Positions 19,318-26,995 of a stretch of 63,147 nucleotides of DNA are shown one piece after another. The translations under genes were made by a program, and so were the position numbers. How positions within the stretch are numbered: the first letter of the stretch is position 1; every line of letters starts with the position of its first letter. Origin of the DNA: Spirochaetota bacterium (lineage in GTDB: Bacteria > Spirochaetota > UBA4802 > JAFGDQ01); contig JAZDKB010000007.1 of assembly GCA_043803405.1 (NCBI GenBank), positions 1-63,147 of the forward strand, written 5' to 3'. The notes under the pieces are model-generated. The model had not been told where the DNA came from. It made no database searches and saw nothing but the letters and a program-made list of their open reading frames with translations.

Positions 19318-19614
19318 AATTCACTCCAATAAAGTTATTTTTCAGTTGGTTAGTGATTTTACATTTGTGCCTGCTCGGATATAATTTACTTTTATCGATT
19401 TATATTAGTTGTCAATACTTTTACAGAATCCTTAAACCCGGTTTGCCATAATTATTTTGAAGCGAGTTAATAAAATAATAGTCAATTATTATTTTAAGAT
19501 TACAATAGCATCTTTTTCAGGATAAACTTGGATAGGAAGGGAATTAATACAGTCAACAGCCATTCCCGGAATTTTATCACTTATTACTGCAATTCGGAAT
19601 CAATTTTTTTTATA

Positions 19615-20922
19615 TTATAAATCTGCTGCTTCTGTGACTTTATCATATTTAAGTTTTTCTGAAAAGCTTATCAAAGCGCCTGATGATAAAATAAAGACAG
19701 GATTTATCATTCCGTTTAAAAGAGTATCTATAATAAATAAGATTAAAACAAGGCTAATAACAGCAGCATCTATGGATGCGGTTCTGGACTTCATAACTTT
19801 CCACGGTCCCAGAAGCAAAACAGAATATAGGCTTAAAAGGCCTAAATAGCCTCTAACGCTGAAGACAGCCAGATATACCGAATCTATCATACTAATAGCA
19901 TTCTGTCCGGTTAATGGATTAATCGGCCATGCTCTTTCTATCCAGCCCCATCCTAAAAGAGGACGTTCCAGTGCCTTTATGCCGAACAACTCCTCCTGCT
20001 GTAATCGCGTTGAAAGCGACTCAATCCTTTCGGCATTAAATATTTTTGATAAATAGTCTATTATTGTATCAGCAGGAAGGATTCCGGATATCCTTAGAAG
20101 GATATATACTGGAATAATGATAATTAATATATTAAATATTCTTTTTGATTTTAGGTAATAACCAAGGGTTCCAAATATTAAATAGACAATTGCTGCCGAG
20201 CATTTGCAGAGTATTGTTGATATTAAAAGCAGAATAACTATTACGATCATTGGAATCTTTTTTATTTCAGTAATTTCCCTGGTACTTAATAACCAGAATG
20301 AGACTATATACGCTGTAGTCATCCACAGCGCGACCATTAGTCCGTGATCCATAAATACAATGGGTCTGAATCCTCCATACCTGATAAGCTCAGCAAAGCT
20401 GGTAGGGGTGAATCCATAAATAATCCTTGAAAGCTGCGGGCTCATCCTTACTTCAAAAAGCACAAGTGGAACATAAATAAGACCCCCTATTATTATCCCT
20501 CTGCATAACAAACGCAGAGCTTCTTTATCGGAAAAAAAGATTCGCCCTGCCATATAAAAAACTCCATAATCCAGGGAAGTTTGTACAACAGCGGCAACCG
20601 CATTATAAGTGCCTAAATCGTTTGCCAGAACAGATAAAAACGGGGACATGATGCACCATATAATTATCGGTATATCTAGCCACCCCGGACTGAAGGCCAT
20701 ATCCCTTATCTTTCCTGAAAAACCAATTCCGGAGAGCAGAGATACAGCTATTGCTGTGTTTTTTCCATAATATATCATCGGAATATCTAATTTTATAACA
20801 GGTAAAAAGAGAAGTCCGCCTATAACGGAAATCAGAATGGCCTTTTGAGGAGTAAATTTTCGAAAGAGGATAATGTTAATGGGTATCCATCCCCACGTCA
20901 TTACCAGTACAAGAAAGCTCAT
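19615..20922 (-). CDS. Wzy polymerase / O-antigen-ligase-like membrane protein
   Basis: Multi-TM; 'GFRPIVF..HGL', 'ERPLLGWG', 'DS.YL...G..G'; sits next to wzc. Confidence 0.75.
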   Translation of the reverse strand: MSFLVLVMTWGWIPINIILFRKFTPQKAILISVIGGLLFLPVIKLDIPMIYYGKNTAIAVSLLSGIGFSGKIRDMAFSPGWLDIPIIIWCIMSPFLSVLANDLGTYNAVAAVVQTSLDYGVFYMAGRIFFSDKEALRLLCRGIIIGGLIYVPLVLFEVRMSPQLSRIIYGFTPTSFAELIRYGGFRPIVFMDHGLMVALWMTTAYIVSFWLLSTREITEIKKIPMIVIVILLLISTILCKCSAAIVYLIFGTLGYYLKSKRIFNILIIIIPVYILLRISGILPADTIIDYLSKIFNAERIESLSTRLQQEELFGIKALERPLLGWGWIERAWPINPLTGQNAISMIDSVYLAVFSVRGYLGLLSLYSVLLLGPWKVMKSRTASIDAAVISLVLILFIIDTLLNGMINPVFILSSGALISFSEKLKYDKVTEAADL

Positions 20923-21121
20923 GCATACTCCATATTACTATCATTTATATTAGCAGAGAGTAAAGACATATTTGTTGTTCTTTCTGTTATAATTTTAAGA
21001 CTGGAATGTTTATGCAGCAAATATAATAAAATTGAAAATATGTTTTGGCAAAAAGTCCTTTCAATTATTCATTCATATTTTTAAGGATTTTGGTAAAATA
21101 ATAATTCAATATCTATATAAT

Positions 21122-22921
21122 CTATAACCACTTATATATTATTTCCGGAATCGGAAACCTCCTTTTGTTTAATATAATACCAAACGGATTTCCTTTTTTT
21201 TGTTTTATGTAAGAAATTGAATTTTTTACGATCTGACGTTTTTCTTTCCCGTCATTTAGTACCAGTACAATGCCATCTGAATGGGATGATAATATAGCGG
21301 TATCTTTAAATTCCTTTAGATTGGTACAGTCTATTATAACAGCATCGTAAATAGATTTAATAATCTTAAAAGTTGCATCTATCTTTGAATCGTTGAAAAG
21401 TGTAAATGGAGTCATAGATGAATTTCCGGCTTGCAATAGATCTAATCTGGGATCAACATGAATAATAATTTCATCCGTTTTTATCTTTAATTCACTATCA
21501 TATAATGATAATTCTTCTCTTGTGCTTTCTATTTTTTTCGCAATATTATTATTAGGTTCTGTGTTTACGTGTTTCTTAGTAATTTTATGTTTTGAATTCT
21601 CAACTATTTCCAAAATATTATTTCTAGGCTGATGTTCATTAGTAGAGCCAGTAATAATAGCATGATATTCTATTAATTTACTTTCTTCAAGCATATTGGA
21701 TAGCCCGGGGCCTTCTTTGATATTGAACAATTTATGCAGGGAAGGATTCCGGAAATTGGCATCAATAATAAGTGTTTTTATGTGCATTTTTTGCGCTAAA
21801 GTCAGACCAATATTAGCACAAATTGTTGAGGATCCTCCCTTGGGAAACGCGGAGGTGATTAAAATAGTCTTTAACTTATTTACTTTCATGTATATGAATA
21901 ATTGATCTGTAAGATCTTCGAAAAAATTTGAATAAAGCAGTTCCGATTTTGATGGATTAAATTTATTGATGTTAATTAGAACTTCATCTTTGTATTTTCT
22001 AATTGGAATAGAACCCAGTAAAGGAAGTCCGGTATGTTTTACAATCTCATTGGGTGATTTAAAAGTCTGATCGATATAGAAATCATAAAGAAATGCCAGT
22101 CCAATGCTGGCACATATACTTACCATAATAGCGATTAAAAAAGTTTGCGATCTTGACTTTCCAATTGGTATATTGTCTGATATAGCTTGCTCAATAACTT
22201 TAACGCTTGCCGTTCCGATAGCCTCGAGTTCTGGCAATTGTTCGCCTGATAGTTTCTCTGTCATACTAAATATATTATCTCTTTGCTGCTGTACAGATGG
22301 ATGCTGTGCCCCATATTTTTGAGTCAGTTCCGCATATTGTTGCTGAAGATCAAAAATGACAAACGATCGGCTGACAACATTTGCAGTTGCTATTGCATTT
22401 TCAGGACTATAATCTTTAATTATAATGAAAAAAATATCAGTTCCAGGAATTAATTCTGTCGATACATTGTCTCTTAAATCACTAATTGCATTGTTAATGC
22501 TTTCTTCTTTTAGTTTTTCAGGAGTTAAATATACGGGAATGTTCTGTATTTTTCTTATTCTATAATCGATTAACAATTTTTTTAAAGGATGGCAAAAATT
22601 TTTTTCATAATCGATAGGCCGTTTATCAAGTTTAAGGGCTATAACGGCACGTTTTAGAACAGAATTCGATTTAACTATTTCCATCTGTGTACGATGTATG
22701 GGTCTTGATCCCAAATCAAAATATGATGTTGCGCTAACCGCTGATCTTCCGACAATATGCATCTTAACTTTTGCTTCATAGATTGGTGTTTGAAAAATCA
22801 AAGCGATAAAAATTCCAACGATAATCGGGGGAGACAATAGTATTACTATTAATTTTTGCCGAAAAATAGCGCTTATTATATTACGCAAATTAATTTCGTT
22901 TGTTTGTTCTTGTTTTTCCAT
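21122..22921 (-). CDS. wzc: Wzc-like polysaccharide co-polymerase with a degenerate BY-kinase domain
   Basis: Wzz-like N-terminus ('EINLR', 'TPIYEA'), second TM, 'LPLLGSIP', Walker A' LIIDAN and Walker B VIIDC; Walker A reads PKGGSST. Confidence 0.85.
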   Translation of the reverse strand: MEKQEQTNEINLRNIISAIFRQKLIVILLSPPIIVGIFIALIFQTPIYEAKVKMHIVGRSAVSATSYFDLGSRPIHRTQMEIVKSNSVLKRAVIALKLDKRPIDYEKNFCHPLKKLLIDYRIRKIQNIPVYLTPEKLKEESINNAISDLRDNVSTELIPGTDIFFIIIKDYSPENAIATANVVSRSFVIFDLQQQYAELTQKYGAQHPSVQQQRDNIFSMTEKLSGEQLPELEAIGTASVKVIEQAISDNIPIGKSRSQTFLIAIMVSICASIGLAFLYDFYIDQTFKSPNEIVKHTGLPLLGSIPIRKYKDEVLININKFNPSKSELLYSNFFEDLTDQLFIYMKVNKLKTILITSAFPKGGSSTICANIGLTLAQKMHIKTLIIDANFRNPSLHKLFNIKEGPGLSNMLEESKLIEYHAIITGSTNEHQPRNNILEIVENSKHKITKKHVNTEPNNNIAKKIESTREELSLYDSELKIKTDEIIIHVDPRLDLLQAGNSSMTPFTLFNDSKIDATFKIIKSIYDAVIIDCTNLKEFKDTAILSSHSDGIVLVLNDGKEKRQIVKNSISYIKQKKGNPFGIILNKRRFPIPEIIYKWL

Positions 22922-22977
22922 TTTTTTGTCACATCTAAATTAATTTAATACTTTTATATAATTATTGAGATTAAATT

Positions 22978-23559
22978 TTAAAAAAAACTTTCTGATACAA
23001 CAACAATATCTCCCGGCTCAAGGACTAAATCCGCTCGCGCGTCTCCTTCAATTACCTTACCGACATCGATTTCAATTTTTGTGTAACCGGGCCTATCATT
23101 TCGTTGTCTGAGTACGCGAACTTTACTTTTTGATCCGAACCTTGTAAAACCTCCGGCAACGGAAATTGCCTTTAAGACTGTAGTGTTATCGCCTAAAGGA
23201 TAAGTTCCGGGCCTGACTATTTCCCCACTAATTGTAAAATTTCTGCTTCGTGATTCAATAAGAGAAACAGTAACAACCGGATATTTTAAATATCCGGTTG
23301 CCAGCCTCCATTGAATATTTTGCTGAATTTCTGTAATGGTTTTATCTTTTACTCTAACGCTACCTAAATACGCTACCGATATATCGCCGCTAGGAGAAAC
23401 CGTGACGCGGTCAACAGAAGGATCAGGTTTTAATATCCTGATTTCGATAATATCGCCGACTCCAACTTTATATTCTTCTGCAAGAAGAATATTTATAGGT
23501 AGTATTAAAAAAGCTATTAAAAATAATAAATGTTTTATTGATATTGTATATAATTTCAT
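22978..23559 (-). CDS. wza: Short OPX polysaccharide export protein (Poly_export + one SLBB)
   Basis: 'YKVGVGD', 'V.PSGDI...YLG.V', 'GEIVRPGTY', 'AISVAGG', 'LEPGDIVVV'; no lipobox, no C-terminal OM helix. Confidence 0.9.
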   Translation of the reverse strand: MKLYTISIKHLLFLIAFLILPINILLAEEYKVGVGDIIEIRILKPDPSVDRVTVSPSGDISVAYLGSVRVKDKTITEIQQNIQWRLATGYLKYPVVTVSLIESRSRNFTISGEIVRPGTYPLGDNTTVLKAISVAGGFTRFGSKSKVRVLRQRNDRPGYTKIEIDVGKVIEGDARADLVLEPGDIVVVSESFF

Positions 23560-23782
23560 TTTTCACTTTCCTGGAAATTTTATTTGTTATTTGTCTGAAT
23601 TATTTTAATGTACATAATCAATAATAAATTTATAAATTACATTATTAATAATGTAATAATAAAAATTCAATCAATTAAAAGAATTTTTTCATTTTTTTAT
23701 GGGGATTATAAATGACCTGACGTAAGAAGTTGATCTTTCTGCATGTAATATTCAATTAAAATAAAGAAAATATTTTATTATA

Positions 23783-24952
23783 TTAAAATTCCGCTCTAAG
23801 TCCTAATCTGATTTGATTTCTGTCATATTCTGTTTTAACATCTGTCGGTCTTGTCTGTTTTGTTATATTTTTTGTATAAATATATTCTATAAACGCTGTA
23901 ACATGTTCTGAAAAAATCCGGTAAGAAAGACCTGTTCTTACTCCGGTCAATTCACTTTTTGTTGTAGTAACATCGGAAACTGTATTCCCGTATTGATAAA
24001 AACCTGATAAAGAAAAATCTAAAAAATAGGATATTTCTCTTGTTAAAGTTATTGAAAAATTCCAGACATTGTAAGTCTGATTCGTAAGAGGTATTATTTC
24101 GTATCTCCGGGATAATGATATATTTAGATTATTCCTTTCATCTATCTGATCAATTAGTGATAAAGTACTAAAGTTATTATAATTTTTTTCTTCTTCTGTT
24201 ATTACGTATGCTAAACCACTTTGCAGACTAATGAAAAATTGTCTGGTAAAATGGAATTCATATCCAAGGGCGCAGTTATGCAATATAGTTTTTTCATTTC
24301 CTGTTGCATTCTCTGCCTCATCATAGTTTAAGGCTTTCCAGTACGTATAGTTATAAATAATGGAAAAAATATTGGAAGAATTAATTTCATATCTTGCGAT
24401 AAAACCGGCGCTGTGTGAAATAGAATCATTCTGTGTATCAGATTGATTAAGAATATTTGTATAAATATTAGTATATTGAATATCTGTTCGAAAATAGCTT
24501 GTAAACTCTTTTAAATACCTTGCTGTTGCGGTATTTGTATAATATCCGGTACGTCCTCCGGCTGAACCGAATTGCTCCTGGAAATTTTGCGCTTCAGGAT
24601 AATGAGCAAATCTGTCACTTACATTAATTCTATCTGTGCTTGTTAGCTCACTTGCGATACTTAATTCGGCAGACTGCGCGTTGTTGTTCAGTTCGCTTGT
24701 CTTGTAATAGATTTGTTGTGTGCTTTGGCCGAGTAAACGCCAGTTAGTTGCTCTTCCTTCATGTCTCAGACCCAATCCAAATATTATTTCAGTAATAAAA
24801 TCGGATTCTTTTTCTTCTGCAGCATTAATATTATCATCATACATTTCGCTTAAGCTTCCATTGATAATCCCTTCTATAGAATAAGCTTTTTTTTGCAGAA
24901 ATGATAATATTATAATTATGACGGATAAAAAACAGCCTATATTTTTTAGCAT
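23783..24952 (-). CDS. Outer-membrane beta-barrel associated with polysaccharide export (EpsX/VpsM/BBP2-like)
   Basis: Signal peptide, 'YDDNI...ESDFIT', alternating beta-strands, C-terminal 'YDRNQIRLGLRAEF'; immediately upstream of wza. Confidence 0.75.
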   Translation of the reverse strand: MLKNIGCFLSVIIIILSFLQKKAYSIEGIINGSLSEMYDDNINAAEEKESDFITEIIFGLGLRHEGRATNWRLLGQSTQQIYYKTSELNNNAQSAELSIASELTSTDRINVSDRFAHYPEAQNFQEQFGSAGGRTGYYTNTATARYLKEFTSYFRTDIQYTNIYTNILNQSDTQNDSISHSAGFIARYEINSSNIFSIIYNYTYWKALNYDEAENATGNEKTILHNCALGYEFHFTRQFFISLQSGLAYVITEEEKNYNNFSTLSLIDQIDERNNLNISLSRRYEIIPLTNQTYNVWNFSITLTREISYFLDFSLSGFYQYGNTVSDVTTTKSELTGVRTGLSYRIFSEHVTAFIEYIYTKNITKQTRPTDVKTEYDRNQIRLGLRAEF

Positions 24953-25165
24953 GATTTTAATTGATGTCTTTTATTTTAACGCCTTGAGAGATAATACTCA
25001 GCATCTTTTTAATTCTTTCACGTTAAATACATGTTCAATCTTCGGTTTTGTCAAGTGTATAAATCTTATCTGAATTATTAGTTTTTTACAATACTGCTTA
25101 AAAAAATACCGGATACGCAGGAAAGATAATATTGTTTTCATTTAAAATATTTTTTTTCATTTTTC

Positions 25166-25194
25166 TTGATTTTTTTAAATTGGTGTTTTATAAT
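25166..25194 (+). promoter_or_regulatory. sigma70-type promoter with no downstream ORF
   Basis: TTGATT(25166-25171)-17 bp-TATAAT(25189-25194). Confidence 0.65.
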
Positions 25195-25199
25195 AAGTT

Positions 25200-25270
25200 A
25201 TGCCGCAACGGCATAACTTTTCAATTTAATTACCTCCTAAGACCGACTATCCCAGTCGGTTTCTTTTTTT
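25200..25270 (+). ncRNA. Candidate ~70-nt sRNA with a 5' hairpin, exposed ACCTCCT and an intrinsic terminator
   Basis: TGCCG-CAA-CGGCA hairpin, TTACCTCCTAA, ACCGACT-ATCCC-AGTCGGT hairpin plus T-run; lies between a promoter and a convergent gene end. Confidence 0.5.
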
Positions 25271-25282
25271 AATTGCGTATTT

Positions 25283-25618
25283 CTATTCTGTTCTTCTGTC
25301 TTTGGTCCTTCGTTCTTCTTTTCTGCGATCTATTAATTCTTTATCTTTTAACTCGTCCTGAAATTCTCCCTTGTCGAAAAATCCTTTTCGTAAATAAAAG
25401 CCTCTGTTAAAAGTACGTCTGTCCAGAGTTCTGCGTTCGGATTTTCTTTTTTCTTTAAAGTTTTTTTGATAGGTTTCATTTTTGCTTGTTTTACTTGTTA
25501 ATTTTCTAATTATCCACCTGATAAATTTTGACAGAAATTTTATTATAAAATATAATGTGAGTACTATTAACAGGCTGAATAGAAATATAAAAACATATTC
25601 AAGTGGTGTAGTTTTCAT
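25283..25618 (-). CDS. Small single-TM protein with repeated (D/E)RR / RxxxR motifs
   Basis: N-terminal TM; KRKSERRTLDRR and DRRKEERRTKDRR. Confidence 0.7.
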   Translation of the reverse strand: MKTTPLEYVFIFLFSLLIVLTLYFIIKFLSKFIRWIIRKLTSKTSKNETYQKNFKEKRKSERRTLDRRTFNRGFYLRKGFFDKGEFQDELKDKELIDRRKEERRTKDRRTE

Positions 25619-25800
25619 AAGGATAATATAATGAAAAAATAAAAAGAATTAATAAGATAAACGGAAAAAACAAACAATATCTTCAGTTTTCAGGAAAATT
25701 TTTAAATAAAATTATTTTAATGTTGTAAGAATTAACTGAATCTATAATATTATTGATTATTATACTTGTCAATTTCAATTGATATATCAAACATAAATTT

Positions 25801-26982
25801 ATGCCCGGTCAAAGTCAAAAAGTAAGGATTAATATAGATTATCTTCGTCCGTATACAAAGATTGTTTACGCATTGTATTCGGTTGACAACCGGAAAATTA
25901 TCGATGAGCGGGTTATTCTTACTCCGCAGATGCTGGAATTAATCAAAAGCAAATTCGGTAACATAGTATATGCTTTGAAAGAGGATAAGAAAGGAATTAT
26001 TTCACAAAAGAATCTGGATGCGGCTATGGAGACATCCGTTGGAATAATCGATCAGATAACTAAAACCGAGAAGCTGACAAAGAGCGCGTTCAATGAAGCA
26101 GAGAAGGTAATTGACGGAATAATAAGCGATCTGGATTCTTCGGAGATGGAGGCTATCAATTTACTTAAAAATTTACAATCTTTCGAGGGATATATTTATC
26201 AGCATTCAGTTAATGTGGGAATTTTAGCTGCGGTTTTCGCGAAATTAAAAGGGAACCTGTCACCTGACCAGGTAAAATTTCTTACACTTGGAGCATATCT
26301 TCTGGATATCGGGCTGACGAAAATCGATCAGTATTTGCTTAAAAAAGACACGAAATATTCCGATGCCGACAGGCAAAAAATGAAGCAGCACCCGCAGTTC
26401 GGATATGAGATTTTAAAGAATATATCGGGCATTGATAAAATAGTTTTACAGACGATATTATTCCACCATGAAAAATTTAATTTAAAAGGATACTACCAGC
26501 TGCCTTATGATTTGCTGCCTGTGGCTCCTAAAATTGTATCTGTTTGCGATGTGTATGATGCGCTTACAACTCCGCGGCCTTACAGGAATTCCATAGCTCC
26601 TACCGATGCGCTGCGCTTCCTTGTGAATTCCATAGGGATTTATTTTGATTATAATTTAATCAGTGATTTTATAAATTATTTAGGTCCTTTGCTTAATAAT
26701 ACGCAATCGTTTTACGCGAAGAATGATTTTTGCGAACTCAATACCAGGGAACTGGCGATGGTAATGGATTTTAATCTGAAGGATTATTTAAAACCGCAGA
26801 TTATGGTGTTCTGTAAATTCCAGAAGAAAAGGAACCAGATTGCGGTAAAATTTTATGAAAATCCCGTTTATATAAATCTTGAAGATGATGATAAGCGTTT
26901 AATGACCAAGATCATTGATAATAAAAAGCACATAAATGCTATCAGGGCAAAATTAATAGACAAGGGGATGATAATTAAATAG
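25801..26982 (+). CDS. HD-GYP-family protein with a degenerate HD motif
   Basis: 'YQHSVNV', 'HPQFG', 'HHEKFNLKGYY', 'DVYDALT..RPYR'; the HD position reads YLLDIGL. Confidence 0.85.
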   Translation: MPGQSQKVRINIDYLRPYTKIVYALYSVDNRKIIDERVILTPQMLELIKSKFGNIVYALKEDKKGIISQKNLDAAMETSVGIIDQITKTEKLTKSAFNEAEKVIDGIISDLDSSEMEAINLLKNLQSFEGYIYQHSVNVGILAAVFAKLKGNLSPDQVKFLTLGAYLLDIGLTKIDQYLLKKDTKYSDADRQKMKQHPQFGYEILKNISGIDKIVLQTILFHHEKFNLKGYYQLPYDLLPVAPKIVSVCDVYDALTTPRPYRNSIAPTDALRFLVNSIGIYFDYNLISDFINYLGPLLNNTQSFYAKNDFCELNTRELAMVMDFNLKDYLKPQIMVFCKFQKKRNQIAVKFYENPVYINLEDDDKRLMTKIIDNKKHINAIRAKLIDKGMIIK

Positions 26983-26995
26983 AGAATAGTTTCTC

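Noticed and set aside
25190..25270. tmRNA, suggested by the minus-strand ...YAVAA* reading
   Set aside because: The region is far too short and has no tRNA-like ends; the peptide largely follows from the palindrome
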